DNA of 64,000 bases from an uncultured Rhodospirillaceae bacterium (GTDB taxonomy: Bacteria; Pseudomonadota; Alphaproteobacteria; SP197), in assembly GCA_964530335.1 (NCBI GenBank), contig CAZGYG010000003.1, forward strand, positions 23,792 through 87,791, given 5' to 3'. This document shows, piece by piece, positions 30,282 to 39,258 of this stretch (positions are counted from its first letter, which is position 1; each line of letters begins with the position of its first letter). The position numbers and the translations under genes are program-made. The notes under the pieces were generated by a model that was not told where the DNA came from, did not search any database, and saw nothing but the letters and a program-made list of their open reading frames with translations.

Positions 30282-31408
30282 GCCAGCGCTTTCGCGTAGA
30301 TGCGGTACGTCCTGTAGACGCGACCGCCGACCGATTCGACCATGTGGCGCACCGGCATGTTGTCCTCGAGCAGCCACGAAAGTTCCGCGCGCGTGTAGCC
30401 CTTGGCGCTCGCCCGGCGCCGCACCGCGTCGATCGCCAGGAACGCGACCGCCGCGCCGGCCATGGACCCGGCCAGGTCGGGGCGCACGCCCATCAGCGGC
30501 ACGCGCAGGCTCGTGACCCCACGCACCTTGAGCCGCCACACGAGCTTGAGCCAACCGAACGGCAGCAAACGCCCGCCGAGGTCGGCGATCGCCGCGTTCA
30601 GATTGGGCAGGGCCACGGCGAAGCCGGCGAGCCGGCCATCGAGCTCGACCAGCGCGACCAGGGCCGGGTCGATCAAGGGCTTCATGGCCTTGGCCATGTG
30701 CGCCATCTCCTCGGCGGTCAGAGGCAGCGCGCCCCAGTTGCCGGCCCAGGCCTCGTTGTAGAGCGCGAGGGCGGCGCCCACGTCCCGGGCGTAAGTGCGA
30801 GGATCGAGCGCGCGCACGGTGATGCGGCCCGAGTCGCGCTCGACGATGCGCCGGACCGCCTCGGGCAGCGGCTGGGCCAGGTCGTAGACGTAGGCCAGCA
30901 GGTCCTTGGCCTTGGCGTAGCCGCACGCCTCCAGGTAGCGGCCGTAGCTCGGCGGCGCGTGGCCCATCATGACCATGGGCGGGGTGTCGAAGCCCTCGAC
31001 CAGAAGCCCGGATTCCTCGTTGATCGACAGGTTGAACGGGCCGAGCACGCGCTTCATGCCGCGCCCGGCGAGCCAGGCCTCGGCGGCGGCGGTCAGCGCG
31101 CGGAAGACGTCCTCGTCGGCGCCCTCGATCAATCCGAAGTGCCCGGTGGCGTCGCCGTATTTCTCGAGGTGGAGCCGGTCGATCTGGGCGCTGATGCGCC
31201 CGACCGCTCGCCCGCCCCGCCGGGCCAGCCACAACCGTGCCTCGGCGTGGCGGAAATAGGGGTTTTTCCCCGGGTCGAGCGCCTCGCGCCGCTCCACGAT
31301 CAGCGGCGGCACGAAGCAGGCGTCGCCGCCTTGAAGCCCGTGGGCCACGCGGATGAAGGCGGTCAGGTCGGCGCCGCCCGCGATCGGCGCGACGCTCAAC
31401 TCGGCCAA
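30278..31408 (-). CDS. GNAT-fold acyltransferase-like protein (COG3146-like); candidate bacterial ceramide synthase
   Basis: About 376 aa if started at TTG (LAELSVAPIAGG...). The track start at 31489 would overlap the upstream hydroxylase gene by 76 nt and encodes a Gly/Ala/Arg-rich N-terminus. Family assignment is from memory only. Confidence 0.45.
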   Translation of the reverse strand: MAELSVAPIAGGADLTAFIRVAHGLQGGDACFVPPLIVERREALDPGKNPYFRHAEARLWLARRGGRAVGRISAQIDRLHLEKYGDATGHFGLIEGADEDVFRALTAAAEAWLAGRGMKRVLGPFNLSINEESGLLVEGFDTPPMVMMGHAPPSYGRYLEACGYAKAKDLLAYVYDLAQPLPEAVRRIVERDSGRITVRALDPRTYARDVGAALALYNEAWAGNWGALPLTAEEMAHMAKAMKPLIDPALVALVELDGRLAGFAVALPNLNAAIADLGGRLLPFGWLKLVWRLKVRGVTSLRVPLMGVRPDLAGSMAGAAVAFLAIDAVRRRASAKGYTRAELSWLLEDNMPVRHMVESVGGRVYRTYRIYAKALA

Positions 31409-31413
31409 GGGCT

Positions 31414-32184
31414 TCAGGGCTCGACGACCGCGTCGCGGTAGCGCGGCGGGCGCGCCAGCGGCGCCCGCCCCGACAGCCGGGCGACCCACGGGTAACGTTC
31501 GGCCTCGGCCTCGTCATAGCCCAGGTTGAAGGTGGTCGGGCTGCGCTCGCGCAGGGTCGTCGCGGCGTAGTACGTGCCGAACAGGCGGTCGGGCATGAAG
31601 CCGGTGATGCCGAAGTTGCCCTGCTCGTTGTGGAAGTGGTGCGCCAGGTGAAGCTGCTTGACCCGGGCGAGCCACGGGTTGCGCGGCTTGACGTTGAGGT
31701 GCTGGACGCAGTGGCAGAACTCGTAGCCGATCGTCGTCGCCAAGCCGACGGCGAGCGCCATCGCGGCTCCGGCGGCGCCGTCGACCAGCGCGCCGATCGG
31801 CGCCGTCGCCACCAGGATCGTCGGCAGCGTCGTCGACAACGCGCCGAACAGCACCTCGAGCCGGTGCGGGTCCTGGTGGTGGTCGAAGTGGATGCGCTTC
31901 CACAACCGCGCGGTTAGCGCCGAACGATAGAGATAGCGCCCGTGCAGCACGAAGCGGTGCAGCGCGTACCAGACGAACGGGTAAATGAAAAACGCGAGAA
32001 CCCCGGCCAGGAAGGTCGCCGGGCCGTGGCCGGGCTCGAACCACGCGGCCCAGGCGCCGACGGCCGCCACGGTCAGCGCCGCGTACTCCAGCACCGCCGG
32101 GTACGTGGCGAAAACCCGTACCAGGTCGGCCACGGACATGCGGCCCAGGTCGTAGCCGTGGCCACGCCAGGATTTGGCGATCAT
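31414..32184 (-). CDS. Fatty-acid hydroxylase superfamily membrane protein (sterol-desaturase/sphingolipid-hydroxylase-like)
   Basis: His boxes HRFVLH, HFDHH, HLAHHFH; 256 aa from ATG MIAKSW... Confidence 0.8.
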   Translation of the reverse strand: MIAKSWRGHGYDLGRMSVADLVRVFATYPAVLEYAALTVAAVGAWAAWFEPGHGPATFLAGVLAFFIYPFVWYALHRFVLHGRYLYRSALTARLWKRIHFDHHQDPHRLEVLFGALSTTLPTILVATAPIGALVDGAAGAAMALAVGLATTIGYEFCHCVQHLNVKPRNPWLARVKQLHLAHHFHNEQGNFGITGFMPDRLFGTYYAATTLRERSPTTFNLGYDEAEAERYPWVARLSGRAPLARPPRYRDAVVEP

Positions 32185-32216
32185 GGGCGGGTCTCGGTCA
32201 TGACGATGCCCACAGA

Positions 32217-33416
32217 TTAAGGTGCCTGCCGGGGCGCCGACAAGGGATCGGGTGGGCTTGCCATGTGCAGTGCGGTACGCACGCCATGCCACAGGGCGGT
32301 AAGCACCTGCCACGCCGCGATCGCGTGGAACGCCGCCCCGCCCCACCCGAGAAGAAGCCCGATCGTCAGAATCACCAGATTGACGTTGCGCCGCGCGATG
32401 ACGGTGCGCACCCGGGCGTCGAGCGGCGTCAGGCTGTGCAGGCCGCGCTTGAAGCGGGCCTTGGCGACCATCAGCACCAGCCGATCGACGACGTAGGCCG
32501 CGCACAGCACGACGGCGGAGGCGACGATCGCGTCGTTCGCGCCCGCCCCTGAAAGCGCCCACGCCCACGCCGCGTACCACAACGGCGGGTGGACGATGTC
32601 GAGGCCGTGGTCGAGCACGTTGCCGAGCGGCGAATCCGTCAGCGTCAGCCGCGCGAGCTTGCCGTCGACCGAATCGAGCACGCTCATGGCGTAGGCCGCG
32701 GCCAGCCCCGGCAGCCAGTATCCGGCGGCGCACAGCGGCACCGTCGCGGCGGCCAGCACGATGCCGGCGACCGTCACCCAGTTGGGGTGCAGGCGCCGGG
32801 CGCTCGCCGCCAGCACCAGGCGCCAGACCAGCGGCGGGTAGACCCACTTGGTCAGGAAGTCGGTCGAGCCCTTGGTGTTCGCCAGGAACAGCGTGCGCTC
32901 GCAGCGCCGCCGCGCCGCCGCGTTGTCGAGCCGGTAGCCCCAAACCGGCACGTCGCGGCGCAGGTGGGCGACGAAGCTCGGCAGCGCGCTCGTGTCGAGC
33001 ACGCGCACGCGCCCGGCCGCCTCGAGCCGGCCGAGCGCGTCCGCGAGATCGTTGGCCTCGGCGATCAAGCCGCTGTCCTCGGGCTCGATCAGTCCCACCA
33101 AGGCGCCATCGGGGAAGCGGATGGCCCCGCCGGCGCCGAGCGCGGCCAGGGCCCGGTCATCGATGACGTCGCGCCCGTCCAGCGCCAGCACCGGTTCCCG
33201 GGCCGCGGCGAGATACCGTGCCAACCGTGGCCCCAACGGACCCGTCTCCGCGCCGTGGCGCACGGTCAGGCCCCGTGCCGCCGTCGCCGCGCCGCCGGAA
33301 ACGAACACCTCGGTCGGCCGTGGGGCGAGGCGCGCGAGCGCACGCAAGGCGCGCTCGACCAGGTCCAGGCCGAACAGCCGTTCCGCCGGCGAGGTGGCAT
33401 CGATCCACGCCTTCAT
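32217..33416 (-). CDS. CDP-alcohol phosphatidyltransferase family protein with N-terminal extra domain (paralog A)
   Basis: DSVDGKLARLT...LDHGLDIVHPPLWYAAWA, the CDP-OH-P-transferase D-G-x2-A-R...D motif; about 399 aa. Confidence 0.7.
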   Translation of the reverse strand: MKAWIDATSPAERLFGLDLVERALRALARLAPRPTEVFVSGGAATAARGLTVRHGAETGPLGPRLARYLAAAREPVLALDGRDVIDDRALAALGAGGAIRFPDGALVGLIEPEDSGLIAEANDLADALGRLEAAGRVRVLDTSALPSFVAHLRRDVPVWGYRLDNAAARRRCERTLFLANTKGSTDFLTKWVYPPLVWRLVLAASARRLHPNWVTVAGIVLAAATVPLCAAGYWLPGLAAAYAMSVLDSVDGKLARLTLTDSPLGNVLDHGLDIVHPPLWYAAWAWALSGAGANDAIVASAVVLCAAYVVDRLVLMVAKARFKRGLHSLTPLDARVRTVIARRNVNLVILTIGLLLGWGGAAFHAIAAWQVLTALWHGVRTALHMASPPDPLSAPRQAP

Positions 33417-33420
33417 GCCC

Positions 33421-34476
33421 TCAGCCTTCGGCGTGGACCAGGATCGCGCCGCCGACGCTGGCGAACACCAGGGCGGGCACCCAGGCCGCGAGCAGCGCGG
33501 GCAGCGCGCCGGCCTCGGCCAGGACCTGCACCAGGCCGTCGGCCACCAGATAACCGAACGCGATCGCGCCGCCGAACAGGAGGCCGCGCAGCGCGCCGGC
33601 GCGCCCGCGCACGCCGCGCGCGACCGGCGCCGCGATCAGGATCATCAGCGGCACCGCGAAGGGCGCGGCGAACTTCTCGTGCCATTGCACCCGGTAGAAC
33701 GTGCGCGTGCGCGGGCCGAGCCGGGTCGCGGCGATGAGCTCGGCGAGCTCGGCCAGGCCGTAGGCCTCGGCCGGTTGCGCCAGGCCGGCGAAGTCGTCGG
33801 GCACGGCGCTGGTTGGCCAGGCGAGGCGCGCCGCGCGCGTCACGTCGCCGTCGGCCGTGACCCGCACCGCGTCGTGCAGCACCCAGCCGGCGGCGTGCTC
33901 GGCCGCGCGGGCGTCGGTGCGCGCGATGACCGCGCCGCTGGCGTCGCGCTCGATCACCAGTGGGGCGTTGAGCCAGGCGCCGTCGGGCGCGACGCCCGCG
34001 AAACTCACGATACCGTCCTTGAGCCGCACCCAGACGCGGTCCTGGTCGTCGTCGGGCTCCGCCGTGCGCTCGAGCCAGACGCGCAGCGCCCGGTCGGCCG
34101 GCGGCGCTACCAGCTCGCCCAGGGCGAAATGACCGAGCGCGATGACCAGCGCCACCGGCATCAGCCCGGCGAGCAGGCGGTAGTACGAACGGCCCGCGGC
34201 CTTCGCCGCGACGACCTCGAAGCTGGACCCCAGCCGGGCGAGCGCCAGCAGCGCGCCGACCAGCGCCGCGATCGGCACGAGTTGGAGCACGATCAGCGGC
34301 AGGCGGAACCCGGCGTAGGTCGCGACCGCGCCGAGGCCGCCGTCGCCGCGCGCCGCCATGTCGGTCGCGTTCTCGAGCAGATCGAGCAGCTCGACGACGC
34401 CCGCGAAGCCGACCAGCGCGACGACGAACCGGCCGGCGAACAGGCGCGCCACGTAGCGGTCCAGCCGGCCGGTCAC
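33421..34476 (-). CDS. lptG: LPS export ABC permease LptG (YjgP/YjgQ family)
   Basis: GTG start (VTGRLDRYVARLF...) in GTGA overlap with the lptF stop; typical LptG N-terminus. Confidence 0.8.
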   Translation of the reverse strand: MTGRLDRYVARLFAGRFVVALVGFAGVVELLDLLENATDMAARGDGGLGAVATYAGFRLPLIVLQLVPIAALVGALLALARLGSSFEVVAAKAAGRSYYRLLAGLMPVALVIALGHFALGELVAPPADRALRVWLERTAEPDDDQDRVWVRLKDGIVSFAGVAPDGAWLNAPLVIERDASGAVIARTDARAAEHAAGWVLHDAVRVTADGDVTRAARLAWPTSAVPDDFAGLAQPAEAYGLAELAELIAATRLGPRTRTFYRVQWHEKFAAPFAVPLMILIAAPVARGVRGRAGALRGLLFGGAIAFGYLVADGLVQVLAEAGALPALLAAWVPALVFASVGGAILVHAEG

Positions 34477-35660
34477 GCGCCCTCCAGCCCCGGTCGGGCG
34501 CGGCCGAACCGCGCGGCGACGCGGCGCCCGGCGCCGTCGAGCCCGTCGAGCACGGCGTCCAGCGGGGTCGCGCCCGGCCGCCGCGCGACACGCGCGCTGA
34601 GCCACAGCCCGAAGGCGCCGAACGCGGCGAACGGCAGCCACAGGGCCGGTCCGGCGGCGACGTAGCCGAGGTCGGCCAGGCTTTCGCCGAACTGGAGCAC
34701 ATGGTGATAGATCAGCAGCACCAGGACGGCCGCCACCAGCCCGGCGCCCTGGCGCGCGCGCTTCGTCGCCAGGCCGAACGGCGCCGCGACGAACGGCAGC
34801 AGGATCAGCGAGACCGCGCGCACCAGGCGGGCATGGAGTTCGGCGCGCACGCGCTGGCCCTCGTCGCCGCCGTCGCCGCGCCGCGCCCACAGCTCGCCCA
34901 GCGTCAACTCACGCTCGCCCTCGCCGCGCAGCCGGAACGGGGCCAGCGCACCGGCGACGTCGAGCGCCACGTCGAGGCTGTCGAAGCGCAGCACCGCCGG
35001 GTCCTCGACCCCGGGGCCGGAACGGATCTCGACGCCGTCGCTCAGGTGCAGCACCAGGCCTTCGCCGTTCTCGGCGCGCGCCAGCCGGCCGGACCGCGCG
35101 CCGGTGGTCAGCCCGCCCGCTTCGTCGCGCCGGTCGATGACGATGCCGCCAAGCTCGTTCGCCGCGGCATCGACGCGCTCGGCCATCAGCGTCAACGTGC
35201 CGTCCGAGATGAACGCGCCCGGTTCGAGCGAGGCGTCCCACGCGGCGTTGGTCACCACGTAGACGACCGAGCGATAGGCGTAGCGGCTGTGCGGCTGCAA
35301 CCAGCCGAGCAGCGCCAGGCTGGCGACGGCGAGCACGGCGGCGAACGCGACCAGCGGCGCGATCAGCCGGGGGAACCCGACGCCCGCGGCGAACGCCGCG
35401 TCGAGCTCGCTCTGGGCCGCGAGCCGGCTGGTCATCGCGAAGACCGCCAGGAAGAACGCCGCCGGCAGCGCCATGCCCATGTAGTGCGGCACCAGATTGG
35501 CGATCATGCGCAGCACCAGCGTCAACGGCCCGCCCTTGTTGGCGAGCAAGTCCAAGAGCCTCAGCAGCCGTTCCAGGAGCAGCGCGGCGAGCACCACCCC
35601 AATGCCGAGCACCAGGGGCCTCAAGGTCTCGATCAGGACGTATCGGTCGAGCACGCGCAT
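34473..35660 (-). CDS. lptF: LPS export ABC permease LptF (YjgP/YjgQ family)
   Basis: MRVLDRYVLIETLRPLVLGIGVVLAALLL... canonical LptF N-terminus; 395 aa. Confidence 0.8.
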   Translation of the reverse strand: MRVLDRYVLIETLRPLVLGIGVVLAALLLERLLRLLDLLANKGGPLTLVLRMIANLVPHYMGMALPAAFFLAVFAMTSRLAAQSELDAAFAAGVGFPRLIAPLVAFAAVLAVASLALLGWLQPHSRYAYRSVVYVVTNAAWDASLEPGAFISDGTLTLMAERVDAAANELGGIVIDRRDEAGGLTTGARSGRLARAENGEGLVLHLSDGVEIRSGPGVEDPAVLRFDSLDVALDVAGALAPFRLRGEGERELTLGELWARRGDGGDEGQRVRAELHARLVRAVSLILLPFVAAPFGLATKRARQGAGLVAAVLVLLIYHHVLQFGESLADLGYVAAGPALWLPFAAFGAFGLWLSARVARRPGATPLDAVLDGLDGAGRRVAARFGRARPGLEGA

Positions 35661-35681
35661 CGCAAAGACGGGAATCGCGGC

Positions 35682-36125
35682 TCAGGTCCGGCCGGGCCAG
35701 ACCCGGCCGATCGCCTCGACCAGGGCGGGCACCAGGGTATCCGGCACGGTCATCGGCCTGGTCGGATCGGGCGGGCGTGGCCACGCCGCGTCCTCGAACG
35801 ACTGCCCGGCGAATTCGCGCGCCGCCGCGTAGCGCGGGAAGACGTGGAAGTGGACGTCCGGGTCCACCATCATCAGCATCAGGTAGTTGATCCGGTCGTA
35901 AGCGAACAGGCCGTGGAGCGCCGCCTCGGCATCGCGCACCATGCCGCGCAATTCGAGGAACGCCTCGGAGCCGAGCGCGCCGAAGGCGCGCGCGGGCTCG
36001 GTCGAGACCAGGACCAGCGAGCCGAGCGTGACCTGCTGCGGCCGCACCAACGCGACCCAGCGCCGGGTCTCGGCCACCCGGTTCGCCGGATCGCCGAACT
36101 TGGTCATGGTCGCATTGGCCGCCAT
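35682..36125 (-). CDS. HIT-family (histidine triad) protein
   Basis: DVHFHVFPRY histidine-triad-like motif; 147 aa; start uncertain (alternative Met at residue 7). Confidence 0.55.
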   Translation of the reverse strand: MAANATMTKFGDPANRVAETRRWVALVRPQQVTLGSLVLVSTEPARAFGALGSEAFLELRGMVRDAEAALHGLFAYDRINYLMLMMVDPDVHFHVFPRYAAAREFAGQSFEDAAWPRPPDPTRPMTVPDTLVPALVEAIGRVWPGRT

Positions 36126-36162
36126 TCTGGTTCCCCGCCGGTCGAGGCCACGATAGTGGCGG

Positions 36163-37074
36163 CTAGGCGCCGACGCCAGCCGCGCCGACGCGGAGCTCGT
36201 AGTCGGCGATCTCGGCCAGGCGCGGGGTTTCGCCGTCGACCAGGGCGCGGGTGGTCACCCGGATGCGCCAGCCGGCACGTTCCGGCTCGATCCGATAGAG
36301 GTTCCACGCCGCGGCTTCGGCGTGGCGCACCGGCCGCGCCGAGCCCGAGGGTACGCCGATCACCGGGGCATGGCCCGCCCCCGTCGGGAAGCGGCCGAAC
36401 CCGGAGGTGTGCGTGTGGCCGTGCAGGATCAGTTCGACCCCGGCGCGCGCCACCGCCTGGGCGAACGGCGCCATGTCGATCAGGCTCTTGCGCCGGGGTC
36501 CGGCCGGCAGTGGCGGGTGGTGGATCAGCATCACCCGGCAAAGCCCTTCGCGCCCCAGCTGGCCGAGCAGGCGCTCGGTCGCCGCAATCTGCTCGGGGCC
36601 GACGCGGCCGCCGGCGCTGCGCCACGGCATCGGCGCCGCCGTGCTGACGCCGATGAGCGCGACGCGCCCGCGCACCCGGAGCGTCGGGAAACGTGCGTCG
36701 CCGTCGTCGCCGGCCATGAACGCGCGCCAGTGCTCCAGAGTTTCGGCCGGATCGATGGCGACGTAGTGATCGTGGTTGCCTGGCACGACCGTGACCTCGG
36801 CCGGCGCCCCGAGGCTCTCGAGCCAGCGCGCGGCCAGACGGAATTCCTCCGGCAGCGAGATGTTGCACAGGTCGCCGGTGAGGGCGATGTGGTCCGGCGC
36901 CCGCGCCTTGAGGTCGGCGACCAGCGCGGCCAGCACCTCGGGCCGATGGATGTACCGCCGGCGGCGCAGCCAGTTGAGCGCGCCGAGCGCGCGCTTGGAA
37001 GCGAGCAGCCTGGGCGGCGGCCACGGCAGCGGCAGATGCGGGTCCGTCAGGTGGGCCAGCGCGAACGGGGTCAT
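36163..37074 (-). CDS. Metallophosphoesterase (calcineurin-like phosphoesterase)
   Basis: HLTDPH, TGDL, GNHD, HHPP, GHTH motif series. Confidence 0.8.
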   Translation of the reverse strand: MTPFALAHLTDPHLPLPWPPPRLLASKRALGALNWLRRRRYIHRPEVLAALVADLKARAPDHIALTGDLCNISLPEEFRLAARWLESLGAPAEVTVVPGNHDHYVAIDPAETLEHWRAFMAGDDGDARFPTLRVRGRVALIGVSTAAPMPWRSAGGRVGPEQIAATERLLGQLGREGLCRVMLIHHPPLPAGPRRKSLIDMAPFAQAVARAGVELILHGHTHTSGFGRFPTGAGHAPVIGVPSGSARPVRHAEAAAWNLYRIEPERAGWRIRVTTRALVDGETPRLAEIADYELRVGAAGVGA

Positions 37075-37168
37075 GGCGGCGGGAAGTCCGGGCTTCGCGG
37101 AAAACGCCCGCGGAGTGTATCAAAGGAGCGTCGCGGGCGTCGCGGCGAAGGGCGGCCGGCAAGGAGCG

Positions 37169-38326
37169 ATGGCGGAACTCGACACGGAACGCGCGATGCC
37201 GGTTACGGCGGCCGTGGTGGTCGGCGACCACGGCGTCGCGCCGTTCGGGGTGACGCCGGCCGAGCGCCTGGTCCGCGCGCTCCGGCGGGCGGGGGTCGCG
37301 GCGATCGCGCGCCATCCCGAATCTCCGCCGCCGGCGGACCGGATCGTCGTGGTGCGCGCCGATCATCTCTACGACGAGGCGATCGTGCGCGCGCTCGTGG
37401 CGCGCGACGGCGTGCTGCTGGTCGATGGCAAGGGGGCCGCGCTCGCCGCCACCGTGGCGGCGGCGGATGCCCCGGCGCTGGCCGCGGCGCTGGCCGCCGG
37501 CCAGAGGGTGCCGGACGGGCTTCGGCACCTGACCGCGACCGACGCGGGCGATCTGGCCCCGGCGTACCGCGATGCCCTGCGCAAGCGGGCCCAACCGCTG
37601 CTCGTCGCGCTCGACGGCACGACGCGGCGCGCGGCCGAGCGGCGGCTGTTCGACGACGCCTACAAGGGCGTCACCGACATCGTCACCAAGTACCTGTGGC
37701 CGTGGCCCGCGTTCCATGCGACGCGGCTCGCCGCCGCGCTCGGCGTCAGCGCCAACCAGGTGACCTGGGCGAGCCTTGCGTTCGTGCTCGCCGCGCTGGT
37801 GCTGTTCCGCGACGGGCTGTACCTGGCCGGGCTCGGCTGCGCCTGGGCCATGTGCCTCCTCGACACCGTCGACGGCAAGCTCGCGCGCGTCACCCTCGCC
37901 TCCAGCCGGTTCGGCAACGCGCTCGACCACGGCATCGATCTGGTGCATCCGCCGTTCTGGTACCTGGCGTGGGCCGCGGCGCTCGAGGACGCCGGCTTCG
38001 CGGTGCGCGAGCTCACCCTCGCCGTGGTCGCGGGCTATGTCGCCGGGCGCTTGCAGGAAGGCCTGTTCCTGTGGCGGTTCGGCATCGAGATGCACGTCTG
38101 GCGCCGGTTCGATTCGCGCTTCAGGCTTATCACCGCGCGGCGCAACCCGAACCTCGTGCTGCTGAGCATCGGCGCGCTCGCCGGTCGGCCCGAGCTCGGT
38201 TTCGCCGCCGTGGCCCTGTGGACAGTGGCCACGTTCGGCTTGCACTTGGTGCGCATCGGCCAGGCGCTGATCGCGGGCCGGCGGCCCGGGGGCGTGCGTT
38301 CGTGGCTCGCCGAACCGGGCACATGA
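37169..38326 (+). CDS. CDP-alcohol phosphatidyltransferase family protein with N-terminal extra domain (paralog B)
   Basis: LDTVDGKLARVT...LDHGIDLVHPPFWYLAWA; ATG preceded by AAGGAG; paralogous to 32217..33416. Confidence 0.7.
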   Translation: MAELDTERAMPVTAAVVVGDHGVAPFGVTPAERLVRALRRAGVAAIARHPESPPPADRIVVVRADHLYDEAIVRALVARDGVLLVDGKGAALAATVAAADAPALAAALAAGQRVPDGLRHLTATDAGDLAPAYRDALRKRAQPLLVALDGTTRRAAERRLFDDAYKGVTDIVTKYLWPWPAFHATRLAAALGVSANQVTWASLAFVLAALVLFRDGLYLAGLGCAWAMCLLDTVDGKLARVTLASSRFGNALDHGIDLVHPPFWYLAWAAALEDAGFAVRELTLAVVAGYVAGRLQEGLFLWRFGIEMHVWRRFDSRFRLITARRNPNLVLLSIGALAGRPELGFAAVALWTVATFGLHLVRIGQALIAGRRPGGVRSWLAEPGT

Positions 38327-39258
38327 CCCGCGTCGCCGTCGTCACCAATCCGCGCAGCCGCCGCAACCGGCGTCACGGTCCCGGCGTCGGGCGCCCGGCC
38401 ATCGAGCGCGCGGGCGCGCTCCAGGTAACGATGGGGCGGGATCATGACCTGGGCGCGGCGTTCGCCGAATTCGCCGCCGCCGGGGTCGGACTGGTCGTGA
38501 TCGACGGCGGCGACGGCACGGTCCGCGCGGCGCTCGCCGCGGCGTTTGCTCAGCCGGGCTTCGTTCCGCGCTTCGCCGCGCTTGGCTCGGGCACCACCAA
38601 CATGATCGCCGCCGACGTCGGGCCGCGTGGCGACCGCGCCGCCGCGTTCGACCGGCTGGTCGCGCTTGGCGGCAGTCTCGATCGCCATACCCTGTGGCGG
38701 AACCCGATTCGGCTCACGGGCGCCAGGGATGGCGTGCCGCACTACGGCTTCTTCTTCGGCGCCGGGGCGCTGGCCTGGGGCACGCGCCTGACCCGGCGCC
38801 GCATTCAACGCGGCCCGCTGGCCAGCGTGGCCGGCACCGCGATCGGCATCGCGGCGACCGCGGGGCTGCTCGCGCTCGGCCTCGGGCGCCCAGGCGTCGA
38901 ACTCGCCGTCGGCTACGACGACGGTCCCGTCGTCGCTGGCCGGCGCACCCTGTTGCTCGTGTCGACGCTCGAACGTCTCGTCGGCGGGATGCATCCGTTC
39001 TGGGGCGACGGCGACGGCGCGCTTAAGGTGCTCGACATCGCCGCGCCGTGCCGCCGGTTTGCCTGCGCCGCGCCGGCGCTGGTGCGCGGTCGGCCCAGCC
39101 CGTGGCTCGCCGCGGCGGGCTATCGCAGCCGTCGCGCCCACCGGCTCGAGCTCGAGCTCGCCGAGGACGCAGTGTTCGACGGCGAGTGGATCGTCCCCAA
39201 GCCCGGCGAGCGGCTGGTGCTCGACGCGGCCCCGGCGGTCGGGTTCGTGCGGCCATGA
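38323..39258 (+). CDS. Diacylglycerol-kinase catalytic-domain lipid kinase (YegS/ceramide-kinase-like)
   Basis: VTNPRSRRN...VIDGGDGTV DAGK_cat motifs; ATGA overlap with the upstream stop. Confidence 0.8.
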   Translation: MTRVAVVTNPRSRRNRRHGPGVGRPAIERAGALQVTMGRDHDLGAAFAEFAAAGVGLVVIDGGDGTVRAALAAAFAQPGFVPRFAALGSGTTNMIAADVGPRGDRAAAFDRLVALGGSLDRHTLWRNPIRLTGARDGVPHYGFFFGAGALAWGTRLTRRRIQRGPLASVAGTAIGIAATAGLLALGLGRPGVELAVGYDDGPVVAGRRTLLLVSTLERLVGGMHPFWGDGDGALKVLDIAAPCRRFACAAPALVRGRPSPWLAAAGYRSRRAHRLELELAEDAVFDGEWIVPKPGERLVLDAAPAVGFVRP

